Of a DNA stretch of 64,000 bases, positions 37,901-50,619 are shown piece by piece (positions within the stretch are counted from its first letter, which is position 1; each line of letters opens with the position of its first letter). The notes under the pieces were generated by a model, which saw nothing but the letters and a program-made list of their open reading frames with translations, searched no databases and was not told the DNA's origin. A program made the translations under genes and the position numbers. Origin of the DNA: Utricularia gibba (taxonomy: Eukaryota; Plantae; Magnoliophyta); the NCBI GenBank assembly GCA_002189035.1, contig NEEC01000002.1, forward strand, positions 1 through 64,000. Direction: 5' to 3'.

Positions 37901-40900
37901 TGCAATTGATTGTGCCAAGTATGGGATTGCAAGTGAGGTAGGCAATTCGCATACACTATTATCTATGCTACCACTCTAAATGGATTTTATTTTCACACTC
38001 AATGAAACAATCTCATTTCGATGAAGCCATGTTCTTTTATAATTTTATTTTGTTCTGCTGAATCTCGGAAGCATGTAGACACTGCCAAATGTTTTCTATT
38101 GAGGTCGTTTGTAAATAAGTAGGCATGATGATCTAGTTGCTCGCTGGTTCAGTTTCATCCAAATCCCCTGTTCAGTTATGATTGATTCCTGTTGTCTAAT
38201 GATATCTGCTTGTCTGGGCATTTAGGCATAGGCGATGTGTATCAATGTTCAGTTTTGTGATCTCTGTCTTTCAACTGGGGCCGTCCTTTTTTCAGCCTCT
38301 TTGTGTGAATTGTAGATCCAACATATTCAACAGAACTTGTTGCTATTCTCTCTGCTGGATTTCATTAGTTTTGCGCTCTTCTCAGCAATCAAGCTCACAT
38401 AGGACTCAATTTCTCAGGTCTTAGAACTTCTCATTCGGAAATTGGAAAGTGAACCAAGTTTGCATCGGAAGGTGGACCTTTTCTTCCTAGTTGACTCAAT
38501 TACCCAGTGCTCTCATGGCCAAAGAGGTACTAGGTGTTCAGAATTTTCCATCACGTATTTATTACTGGAATTTATTTATCTTTACTCTCTGTGTCATTAT
38601 CAGCTGAATGGTCTCTGATACTAGTGCTTGCTCAATATATTACAGGCATTGCAGGGGAATCTTTCATTCCTGTAGTTAAGTCAGCATTACCTCGTCTTGT
38701 TGGAGCTGCTGCACCTTCTGGGACAGGTGCTAAGGAAAATCGCCGTCAGTGTCTTAAGGTCAGGGATAACAACTTACCTGCATAGCCTTTGCGTTTCTTT
38801 AAAATTGCTGAAAATCAGTCATTTAGGTATTACGCTGTGGCTTGAGAGAAAAATATTGCCCGAATCTGTTCTCCGTGCCTGCATTGATCAGATAGGACAA
38901 GTACAAGAAGATTCTTCTAATGGGCATTCTCAGAGGCGCCCCTCACGGTCTGAGCGTGCTATTGATGATCCTATCAGAGAAATGGAAGGCATTGTTGTTG
39001 ATGAGTATGGAAGGTATATGACTTCTTGTTGCCGAATTAAGTACAAATATGCCTCCATGGGGGCACTCAGTTCGATCATCTGATGTGTATTTTATTGTGA
39101 AATGTTTCAGCAATGCCACATTTCAGTTACCAGGTTTGTTGTCTGGTCATGCTTTTGAAGAAGATGAGGAGTATGAGCAATCTATACCAGCAATTGGCAT
39201 GGAAGTCGATGGTACACCCTCAAAAGACAGTCCCTCTACAAGCAAAGGTCATGGAAGTCATGCTTTAACTCCTAGTGAACGGCGGCATTGCATTCTAGAG
39301 GATGTTGATGGTGAGCTAGAAATGGAAGATGTATCTGGAAACCAACGGGATGAAAAAATTACTTCTACTGATGCTTCTGTCCTTGTTTCCGTGCCAAGTG
39401 CTGAGGACAATGTTAGATCAGGGTCTAGCAACTCATCTGATTCCGAATATTCTCCCAAGGGTCCTCCTCCTTTGCCATCTAATTCTCCTCCTCCTAGTCC
39501 TCCTCTGCCAACATCCCCACCTCCTGCTCTTTATTTACCGCTCTCACCACCACCTCTTCCAGCTTCATCACCCTCACCTCCACCTCCACTCCCACCTCCA
39601 CCGTGTGTGGCTAAAACAAACCCATTACCTGTAGTATCTCTCCCCCTCCTCTCCCAACTGTTAGTGCTCCTCACCCAACTAGGTGTACTCCACCTCTTGT
39701 GGCTCCACCTCCTCCATCCAGTGCACCCCCACTGGTACCTGCTCCTCCTTTTGAACCTTCTCCTTGGCCCCAGTTGCGTCCCAATTCTCTACCACCCATG
39801 CCATTTGGACCTCCAGCACAAGGGCTCCCACCACCAGTTGCTCCACCTTCACATGTTGGACATCCCCAACCAGGTGCTTCTCATATGCAAGTCATTTCCC
39901 AGCCAACATTTGGACATCCTCCAATTCGTCCCCAGCATATGCCTCAAAATCCTTCAGCATTATCTCATACCCCGCAGTTGGCTTATCAACCACCCCGATT
40001 ACCACATGAAATTGGTGGTTTCCCAGCTGTAAGTGTATTGCTAATTGATTCTCTTTTTCAGTTTCTTTTGACTATCAAATTTGTTTCCCTTCTTTTACAT
40101 TAAAAATTCTAAACTTTTGCTTCATCTTCAGGTAAATCAGTCGATGCATGACTCTTCCATGAGAAGTGAAGTAATGGCCCAGCAGCCATCATGCTTTCCT
40201 TCTTCTGGAATCAATGCTCCAGTAGAGCCAGTTGGATATCCTTCTCGGCCACATAGTGATGCGTACATGAATCCCCAAGTCCCAAAACAATGGCAACATT
40301 TCCCCCCTGGTGGCGTCAACTTTGCTCAAGGGCCTGTGCATCCCGAAGTTCGGCCTGTACGTGCGCCTGGTCATTTTTCATATCTCAACACTTCCCACTC
40401 AAGTCAACACCCTCGTCACTCATCAACAAACATCTCTGATGGGCCAAACAGCGGATGGATTCCGGGAGGACGACCACATTCAGGTCTGTAACCATCTCTT
40501 GAAAATCTGCATAGTGTTTTTTTTTCAACTTTCTATCAATTAGTAGCAAGCTAGGAGTTGTTTAAGCATATTGGTGATTCGTCTTATGAATTTATAGTCC
40601 ATTGAGTTTTTTATGTCACTACATGCTCTTAATTTCTTATTATTCATGAATAGATCCGCATTTTGGTGTGGCATTCTCACTGATGAAAAATGAAACCGGA
40701 GTATGAATTAGGCTAGCCCAGGGCAGCAGAGTGGCTCCATTACTTAACGTGGATTTACTCCCTTAATTGGATGATGTGTTAGAATCAAGCATTTTAACAT
40801 CATGTAATGTGAATTTTCTTTCTGGGGTGATTTGTTCATTTCTTTTCCCGTTTCTTTCTTTAATGTTTTTTTTTCCTTTATTCTTGTTTACCTCGTCATG

Positions 40901-41237
40901 CTGTTACTCTTTGCTTGCTCATTTCATGGGTACGCCTATGCATCCATGGTGATTGGGATGCCAAGATGAGTATCAAAAATCTTTAAGAGTTAACTGTTCT
41001 CTATTGAAGGGTACTTTGGACCTACATTTGAGAGGCCTCCAGCTTTTCATCATCTTGCCTCAAATACTTTGCCTTCGTCTAGCCAAATCCCAGGTATGTT
41101 TTGTATGTCAAAATATCTGTGATGACTAGTGTTTTTTGGTGTTCAAACAACTTAATAATATCTTGATTGCAGCCCATGGTGGTTCTGCGATGCCATACAG
41201 AGCAGATTCCTCAAGCATCAATTGGAGACCATCCTAG
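34947..41237 (+). CDS. HUA2: HUA2/HULK-family protein (PWWP, CID and Pro-rich domains) with two apparent 1-bp frameshifts
   Basis: MAPGRRRG...DLVLAKVKGFPAWPA (PWWP), SMKHLIAAAQ, ARDAFEGMIETLSRTKESIGRATRHAIDCAKYG, LFFLVDSITQCSH (CID), RRPSRSERAIDDPIREMEG, ...NWRPS*. Single-base deletions are needed at 35006-35009 and 39613-39616. Confidence 0.88.
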
Positions 41238-42889
41238 TGTTTCCTGCTGAGGTTTTTCAATTAAATACGCGAACCTTTGGCTTTTCACTTGTTTTTAGTC
41301 AGACGTCTTAGCGTTTGAGTGATTGAAGCCAATTATTTTGATGTAGTGATATTTTGATGTAAAAAATGCGTAGCCTCTTTTTTGGTTTTTTTAGCGAAGT
41401 CTCCTCGCATTGTTATCGCTGCCTCACCTCAGAATTGAAAATCCATACAAGTTAATGGGTGTAACCACAACACCTTCATCCAAGTCGTAAATGGTTACAA
41501 ATTTGCGAATCCAAACATCTGCCCATTCTCAATGGCAGTACTTGTATACCCTCTTGATAGTTTTGTAGTTGGAGAAAGAAGCCAGTGCCTATGATGTTAT
41601 CCAGCTGGCTGAAATACCTGAATACCTTAGTTGAATGCATGAATCCGGAGTTGCACTCAAAAACAGGATGTTTTTAGGAATGTTGATGAAAATGGATCGT
41701 TTTGTTTGCTTTTATGAAGAAATGAAATATGGAATGTTCGTCTGTGTATAGTGTTGATCATCTGATGAATTACTTGTACTCTGGTGGACGGTGGCTTACC
41801 CTGAAATGATTATTTGGGTTGCTATTTGCAGATTTTAGACGGCAGCTCAAAATGTCTGGGGCCGAAATGTGACTCCAAGAGTCATTGGATGATCATGGAT
41901 GCCCTTGGAGAACTGTAAACAGAATGTTTCATAACCAACAGATTTCTGGCGGGATCTTCTGGAAGTGTAAGCTCTTTCAGCCGCTCAAATAGATGCTTTG
42001 TAATCATGGCGCTAACTTAAAGTTTAGATTGCATTTTATGATCTGCTAACATTTTTGTTGTTGGAAAACCTCCTAAATTAAATTCGCTTTCCTTGGGTGG
42101 TATATAAATTATTTCTGTTTGGTGATAAGCTTTGGAGGCTTGAGATTTATATGTGTGAGTTTTTTGAGTGTAAATTTACACTGGGTCATTTAACTATTGT
42201 ATTGACGGTTGCTGAGATTCCGTTTTAAGATATCTGTTATATATTCAGTGTTGGCGAGATGGGTACATATGCATGATAAACAAAAAGGAACTACGGACGA
42301 TCTGTACATTTTGTTAGGGAAATCGTGGATGTTATTGCTCATGCTCGTGCCTCTTTCTCTGTTGCGACTGCTTCTGATCTTTTAAAATCTGGGGCCGTGA
42401 TGTGTATGCAATGACAACGCCCCATAAATTTGGGTAAAACTAGAATCTTTCTCCTTTTTTTTTTTTTTTACTATGTCTTGTTTACATTTGTTTGAGGACA
42501 AAACAACTTGTCTGATTTCGGGAAATTTCGAGCTTACATTTTTCTCTTCTTTTTGTAAACGCGGAATGAGATTCCATGTTTCACTTAACGTCGATTACAT
42601 TGCGACTCTTTTAGCAATTGGTAATTCAGGTGACGCTTTCTTTCCCAAGGGAGGGCGAAGGGATGGATCCGCCCGGTATATGATGAATGGATCCATCCAC
42701 CATCAGGCAAAGTTATCAAGTCGAATCGCTTCCCGTATTTATTCAGGAGAAGGTGACCCAATGATTAGGCCCCGAGATTGGATGCGTAGGCAGTGCCACA
42801 TATATCGATGTATCTGCCTGCAACCCTAGCGGCATTCTCGATTCGCTCTCAATCGATGATTCCTGGGTTTCATTTTGATTTCTGGGGAT

Positions 42890-44363
42890 ATGCAGAGAGG
42901 GAGAAGATCGCTTGGTGAGGATGCGCAGACGGTTGGATCGCCGCCGGCATCGTCTCCACCTTCAATTGCACTTCTTCCCGGTTTTGACGGCGGGGTTAAT
43001 TGCATTTTGCATCCTGTGTCCAGGTTCGATACCCTCGCCGGAGTTGCCATCATATACAGGCTTGAGGTCTGGGTTGTGCCGATTTTTTTGTCCGATGGTA
43101 TCCTTTGATTAGTTCATACCTAGGCATCTTGCCGGTAGATGCCATAACAGAAAAAAAAAAAAAAAAAATCTTGCCTTCCCTTTATTATGTTGGCATTTCT
43201 TGTTTCACCTAACCTTACGCAGCTTTTTCCCCCTCGTCCTCCTGCTGTAATCTCGCTGATGCGTCCTCAAATTCTTGTCAGGTGGCGGATGTTACGAGGT
43301 TGAACGGCTTGTCCTCCGATCTTCAAAAGTTTGCTCTAAGACTCTTCGAATACCTTCCCTGGGGAGGTGCTTTCGCCTGGCTTTTTATTCTAAAGTATAA
43401 ACGCAACTCTTCGGAAAAGTGCATTTTTATTCACAGAGATTGAATTCAGTTTTACGTATGTGGAGGATTGCGTGGTATGATATTTGGCGCATGAAACACT
43501 ATGGTCAGGTGGTGGTATTTTTTTGTCGCCAAATGTATTTCTGAGCGCATGAATTGTTCAATAACGATCCTTTTCTCTTGCATCAGGGATCGAAGTGTGA
43601 CCTTTAATGTCACTTGCAGGCGAAGCAGTGTTGGGAGGAGCCCTCCCAAGCGCCGTCTGAATGATACATTTCATTCACTTGCGTCACTGGGGTCAGCATT
43701 GCTTTTGGTGACGGAAGTTTCTCCAGAGATGAGCAGGTTGCAAGATTATTATGGGACTACGGAAGCACATAACAAAGCGGCCATGGAAGGGTTCCGAGCA
43801 ACACATCAGCTTCATGATGGACCAATTTCATCTCCTCCAGCACTCCCTAATTCGCCATCGCCCCGTAGTAGGAAATCGGAAAGTGTTGCTAAATAGCCTT
43901 GTGTCAGCTAATGTTAGCGTCCACGATCCTATTTTGTCACGTGGAGGTGAATGCAGTAGGGGCACTGATGAATGGACTCTGAAGCCGCTAAGAAGGCGAC
44001 AGAATGATTTTTCGACTTTCCCTGCCAGCAAGCTTATGGAGGAGGGAATCGGTGATGGCGGCAGCGGCAGCAGCAGCAGCAGCACCATACAGGAGGGTTG
44101 GCTCCAAGGCCAGCTACGTCTTCCAACCGAACAACTGTTGATGCCGAACTGGGACTCCCAAGCCCTACAACCGTGGTGTCGGGTGATACTCATGTGACGG
44201 ATACGATGAGCATTGCAAGGAAGTCATCAAGCACGCCAAGTCGGCAAGATGCAGATAGTGGAGCATTTTCTTCTATCTGGTTATCATCGAAATGGAGCTT
44301 AAAACCAGATTTTCAGGGTCTTCCTTCAGAGCGATCGGGAAGAAGAACAAAACAGCGTTGGAC
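42890..44363 (+). pseudogene. LysM-domain protein pseudogene (probable)
   Basis: HPVSRFDTLAGVAIIYRLE|VADVTRLNGLSSDLQKFAL, RKSSSTPSRQD, SSKWSLKPD and NKTALD lie in different frames; at least four frame changes (about 43338, 43890, 44090, 44330) and a stop at 43894-43896. Confidence 0.75.
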
Positions 44364-45012
44364 AAATCCACAAAAATTCCTTGCGGTCTCCCTGCCATGA
44401 GGGACAGACGGTTTAGTACTAAGAATGCTTCCGGTTGGTGATGCCGAAATTGCTTGTGGATGATATCGTGTGGAGTGGAGAGAACGCATGATTGTCAACA
44501 CATGCTTCATTTATTTAATTTGCGTCATCCGTGGTCATTCTTTGAGGCGACCGACGAACCAGAGCAGTTAGTGTTTACTGGCGCCCTCATTCTGTTCCTT
44601 CATTCATTACTCGTAATCCATGCATTTGCCACCGCTTGATCACTGTGCTGGGGTGGGTTTCCAATGGCACTTGTCGATAGTAAAGATGGACCGAATTGTG
44701 CAACATTTTCCGGTCGCACTTTGGATTAATCGAACCGTTTGCCTGTTGTGAGGAGGAATAATCATTTTATTTCGGTGCAAGCAGACCGGGAGAGGTGTGA
44801 ATGGGTGTAGTAGATTTATTGGTGGAAAACTTGACACCTCTTCCTCCCTAATCTTAGAGCCAGAGGTGCCCCAACCCCAACCCAATTGTTGAGATAAGAG
44901 CAGTAGACCGAGTAGAGAGGCGTTGCAGTTGCACCCGCCACAGCTTTTAGGGCCTCGCCACCGTGTTTGTATGATAGCATTGTTGCAGTAGTGTATACTG
45001 CAGTGCGATCGT

Positions 45013-47454
45013 ATGGCCGCTTCCTCTTCCATTCTTTCTGGCTTGCCGCTGCGGCTCCACGCCCGTCCCAACACCCGGCCCCACCGGCGCCTGCTTCCCC
45101 TTGCCACCGCTGCCCAGCCGTCACCTTCTAATGATAATCGACTCGCCATTTCCCGCCGCCGGGAGTTGATCGGTGCGGCCGCCGTTGCGTTGACAGCCAC
45201 TTCATTTTCACCCTTCGCGCGGGCGGCAGACGATGCACTCTCTGAGTGGGACAGAGTTTACCTCCCCATTGACCCTGGCGTTGTTCTCCTCGATATTGCT
45301 TTTGTTCCCGATGACCCCTCTCACGGTTCGCTCGACATTTTTCAGTTCTCTCGCTTTCTTTCCTCCTGCCTGCTCACCATTCGTATGCTAGGCTGGATAT
45401 TCTTCCAATGTTACTACTTACCTGCACATTGAAATATAGTCCCTGATTTTGTGGTTAGATTCGGGCGGTTCATCCGATGTCAGGCAACCAGAGATCTTAT
45501 GAACTTTGGTAACTTCATTCTGGTTGGTCTTTCAGGATTCTTGCTTGGTACTAGACAAACTATTTTGGAGACCAAAGATGGAGGGAGCTCCTGGGCTCCA
45601 CGCTCGATAGCTTCTGCAGAGGAGGAGGACTTCAATTATCGATTCAACTCCATAAGCTTCATAGGGAAGGAAGGTTGGATTATAGGTAAGCCAGCCATCC
45701 TGTTGTACACTGCGGATGCAGGTGAAAACTGGCTACGCATACCCCTCAGTGCTCAACTTCCTGGTGATATGGTAAAGCATTCCGAGTGGCTACTTTATGA
45801 CATGGAAAATTGTGTATCTATATTGTACCACATTGGTGTTATTTCAGGTTTATATAAAGGCTACTGGGGAAAAATCAGCTGAGATGGTGACTGATCAAGG
45901 TGCCATATATGTAACAGCAAATGGAGGCTACAACTGGAAGGCTGCTGTGCAAGAGACTGTTTCAGCGACATTAAACAGGTTATTTTCTTCTGGACATGTC
46001 ACGCCTTTATTGTAAAACGTTTGCATGCAAGTGTGTCCAGACTAAAGCCCTCCTGGGCACTAATGTTAAGCTTGTGGTTGCCTCATTGCTCCAAAAGATC
46101 ACCAGCGAAACTCATTAACTAGTCTTTTGTTCGTGTATTCATTTGTTTGTGTAAACCAAGTATTGTTCGTGTATTCATTTGTTTGTGCATCGACGACTGT
46201 TGCAGAACAGTATCTAGTGGTATCAGCGGTGCCAGCTACTATACAGGCACTTTTAGCAGCGTTAATCGCTCACCTGAAGGAAATTACGTTGCGGTTTCAA
46301 GTCGTGGTAACTTTTATATGACATGGGAACCAGGTCAGGTGAGGTTCTCCTGCGGGACTTGAAGTTTTATATATGTGTATTTTGATTTTTTAGGTGGTTT
46401 TATTTTCATTTGAAAAAAAAAGTGTTCATTTCTGTTTTTTTTTTTTTTTTTTTTTGTATCAGTAACACGGGTAAAATTACTGGAATTCCTTTATAAAAAG
46501 TCATGTTGATATTAACCTATATACAATATCCAGGCATTTTGGCAACCACATAATAGAGCTGTTGCAAGAAGAATACAAAACATGGGCTGGAGAGCAGATG
46601 GTGGTCTTTGGCTTTTGGTGCGTGGTGGGGGGCTTTATCTAAGCAAGGGCACAGGGGTAAGCCGGTTCCACCTCTGCACACGTGCTAGACATTGTGATTT
46701 ACTTTGTTCAAGTATGAGATCTGTAGAAAAACTTGGATGATCAATATATTCTTGGTTTAGTAAGGAAACTTACACTTGTCTAGTTCTTTTGTTATGTTGG
46801 ATATTATCATGTATACGACTTGTGTCCATGACCATTCACCATTTTTCCATCTTTGTTACTTTCACAGATAAGTGAAGATTTTGAGGAGGTTCCAGTTCAG
46901 AGTCGTGGATTTGGCATTCTGGATGTTGGATTCAGATCATCGGTATGTTTAAGCCTTGTAAGATTTGATTTCGCCTTTGCATTATAAGGAGCTCACGGAG
47001 CCATATCGAATCCGAACACTGGAAAAGTTACTAAAAGGTTCTTGTTTGATAAAATGTAATTCCTCGCAAATGCAACTCACAGGATGAGGCTTGGGCAGCT
47101 GGTGGCAGTGGTATTTTGCTGAAATCCAGAAACAGCGGAAAGTCCTGGACTCGTGACAAAGCTGCAGACAACATCGCTGCCAATCTGTACTCTGTAAAGT
47201 GAGTGTCAGAATCTAAGTTCCTTCTGTAAAAGAATAGTGAGGGTACCCAAAGTGTAAAGTGTTTCCATGATAGTGGGGAGTGGAGAAATGGCATGTAGGA
47301 GTAACACAGCATAAAGGCAACGGTATTTTTAAATGTATCCTTTTATTATTATTTTTCTTCTGAAGATGGTATTTGAATTGTTTTCAGGTTTATAAACGAG
47401 GGTCAAGGTTTCGTGCTAGGGAACGATGGAGTGCTGTTGAAGTATCTAGGCTGA
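45013..47454 (+). CDS. HCF136: Photosystem II assembly factor HCF136/Ycf48, 8 exons
   Basis: Bipartite Tat transit peptide (SRRELIG..AVA), [30 protein letters not shown]|FLLGTRQT...[15 protein letters not shown]; all exons in frame. Confidence 0.96.
46127..46187 (+). repeat. 25-bp perfect direct repeat with an 11-bp spacer in HCF136 intron 3
   Basis: TTGTTCGTGTATTCATTTGTTTGTG at 46127-46151 and 46163-46187. Confidence 0.9.
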
Positions 47455-48095
47455 CGTTGAATCACTAAAAAAACATTCTGGTAATGCTACAGATGAAGCC
47501 CCTTGTTGCCTGTGATAATGGGTAGCCATTGGAGTGAGTTTGATGGCGAATGAATGTGGTTACTGCAGAATCAACAGCTGCTGCCGACGAAACGAGTTTT
47601 GGTAACGCCTTTTTGCGTAAATCATTTACAAGTACATGTTTCTTTCGTCCTGTTACAAGCTTTCAACTATACGAATGAATTTCAATGTGATTCATCCCAC
47701 TATGGTGCAGTTGGTTGCAGAACGAGAAAAAAATTTAAAGGGTATTTTGATACAAATTAGTTCACCAGTTGGAGGTGTCACCATTCGTCGAACTGAATAA
47801 TTTTAGTGGGCAAAGTGAAACCAACAATGCGATGGAGGGGCTCGTTAACATTGAGCATCATTAAAAACAGAACGAGATTGAAAGACTCATCCGTCCAGCC
47901 CCATGGTTTAATATTCCTTGCGCTGCGCAGATAACTGATTTTCAGATTCTGGATTTAAGAAGTCAGTTATTTGATGGATCCAGTAAATAGAACAGTAATA
48001 CATGATCAAAAGCCAAATCAGTTATTTGATGAAACCCAAATCACAAACAGCTTCGAATTTGTCATGATTTCTCAGACACTGCAGAAAGAAGGTGC

Positions 48096-50225
48096 TTATC
48101 CACGGAGGGAGGGATACAGCGAGGTGGCTTTCACTTGCAAAGAATCCAGCAAGCTGTCAAAGCTCTTCTTGAAGGACTCCACCCCTTCTACCTCCAGCTG
48201 TGAGCCCACGAAGCTCCAGTCTATCCCCACCTTCGCTAGTGCATTGTAGATGCCTTCAGCTTCCGGCACGTTCGAGTCGATGGTTCGTCCCACAGTGCCA
48301 TGGTCCAGGAACGCTTGGAGTGCTTGATCCGGCATAGTGGAGACCTGTGATGCCAAAATTCATGTCAATCACACGGTGGGACGTTAGAATGGAAAACTTG
48401 GATGAACCCCACCCAGTTGAGTTGGAAGGTCCGATTATTAGGAAATAGAAAAAAAAAAAAAAAAAGAAGATGAGTGGCTCACAGTGTCTGGTCCAATGAG
48501 AGGAGCCACATAAAGAGTGTCTGGATAAGCAGGGTTCTTGACGCTAGTTGAGGCCCATAGAAGCCTCTGCTTTTTGGCTCCTTTCTTCACCAGAGCTTCC
48601 CATCTTGGTCCAGAGAATTTCTTCTGATAAAGCTGGTATGCAAGCACCGCTTGAGCATTTGCAGCCTGCCGCACAAAGACACACAGGCTTTTATTTCCAG
48701 GCTGACTTTAATGTTTGGATTCATTTATTTTAGTTACCTTTCCACGGAGATCAAGTGCCTCTGATGTCCCAATCTTCTCGAGCATCTTATCGACGAGGGT
48801 ATCAACACGACTAACAAAAAAAGAAGCCACACTTGTGACTCTGGAGAGGTCACTCAGCGCAGATGCCTCAAGACCATCCAGGTAAGCATCTATAACTGCT
48901 TCATATCTAGCAATTGAGAAGATCAGCTGCAAAGAGCGATAATTTGAACATCAGCACCACAGTCCAAGTTCATCAGTTTATAGAACAAGGCTGTGGATGG
49001 CTCTTCTGCTTCTTGTGAAGCAATTTACAGACCTACCTATATGAACTTTCTTTCAGTAGAAAGTCAAAAAGAACAGTCAAACCCCCATTTCTTAACAAAA
49101 AAAATTACGGCAATCATCTCACCGTGACATTAACACTAATCCCGTGAGCAATTACTTCCTTGATGGAAGGGATGCAAGGAAAAGTAGCTGGGATTTTGAT
49201 GTAGACGTTTGGACGATTCACCCATTTATGCAGCCACTTTGCAGCCTCTATGGTGTTTTCAGTATCATCTGCAAGTCTAGGAGAAACTTCTACTGAAACA
49301 TATCCATCTCCTCCATCAGTTTCATTGTAGATTGGCTCAAAAAGTTTGCATGCATCTTGAATATCTTTCACCACTAGTTCCCAGTACGCACTTTCAATGT
49401 CTTTTCCTGACTGCACAAGTTCCCTGCAATTGTGATTACAAGGCGGTGGAAGAATTAGCCTCTTCATATGACCCTCCCCTCTTTTTTAGGTTACGTTCCT
49501 ATTCCTCTTAATCATTTAACCCAGAGGGATATCATGGCCAAAAAATAAAGAATCTATAAGCGGCTCAACTGATATGAGCCCAGGATTCTACCTGAACTGA
49601 TCATTGTATGCGCTCGAAGTTGAAATAGCTTTCTGGAAAATCTGCATTTGTAAGAGTAAAACAAGAGTTCTTTAAATCTGGAACATCAACAAGCCGGAGC
49701 ATCGTATGAACCCATCTACGGAGATCCTTACCGCTGGGTTGCTAGTTACACCTCTGACTCCACTTTGAATCAATGGTATAAGATCAGTGACTGGTCGGCA
49801 TAGATTATCATACCACGGGCTTTGTCCTTCCTTGTTATACAGTTGATGAAGAGTGGTTTTCTTGTCGCCGCTTCCATTTCCGTGGTCGTTGGAGCATCTG
49901 ACACTAATCACCAAATTTACATTCAGGAAATTAAGTATAGTTTGCAGGCTTAGAGCGGTGTTCATAATTTCAAGTTAACAAACCATGTATGTTTCCAGGA
50001 TAACCTAGAGGAAACAGGATCCACAATGCCTAATCCGTGAACTTACATCAAAGAAGGCAAGACCAAACGAGCACCCATCTTGGAAAAAGAAAGGGGAATA
50101 TCAAAGGCAGCGACTTTTGGGCGAGGACGAACAGCAACGCAGGAGATGAGCGATCCGGCGCGAGGCTTGAATTCAGCAGCTACGAAAGCTGAACCTGAGA
50201 TCGATAGCTTGGAAACGGAAGCCAT
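48096..50225 (-). CDS. Plastid transaldolase, 7 exons
   Basis: [19 protein letters not shown]|[23 protein letters not shown] (catalytic Lys), [28 protein letters not shown]; ATG at 50225. Confidence 0.95.
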
Positions 50226-50619
50226 GGCAAATGTTTTCTCCTGTGGTGGGTGGAGAGAGGCGATACAGCCGAGGTGGTAGGAAAAACCGGAATCGCTGAA
50301 CGCCAACTCGGGGCCGGAGATGAAGAATAGTTTTAGGTGTAAGGTAATGACTTTTGCGAGTTGTTGGTGGCGTGAAGGGACGCGCAATTCAACTCAATAA
50401 AACCAAATTTCATGGGAATTTTCTATGCCGCGCGGCGACCAGTCAATACTCTCCCGAAGCATGTGATTGGTGAGGCAACTTTGTTTATGAGGAAGGAAAC
50501 AAAACTGGAATCAACTGAAACGATGGCGCTGTAGCAGTACATAATTCCGTTCATCGCTTCAAAAGTACTACTACTGCTACTACAGATATGACGTGAAGGA
50601 AGGATCCTCACGCTGGCGG

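Noticed and set aside
39620-40032. Leu/His-rich C-terminal part of the 327-aa track ORF
   Set aside because: Off-frame reading of the HUA2 Pro-rich region after the A4 lesion; the correct frame is the PPP-rich one.
44640-45200. 186-aa minus-strand ORF overlapping the HCF136 start
   Set aside because: Largely antisense to the GC-rich HCF136 exon 1 and upstream region; no recognisable homology.
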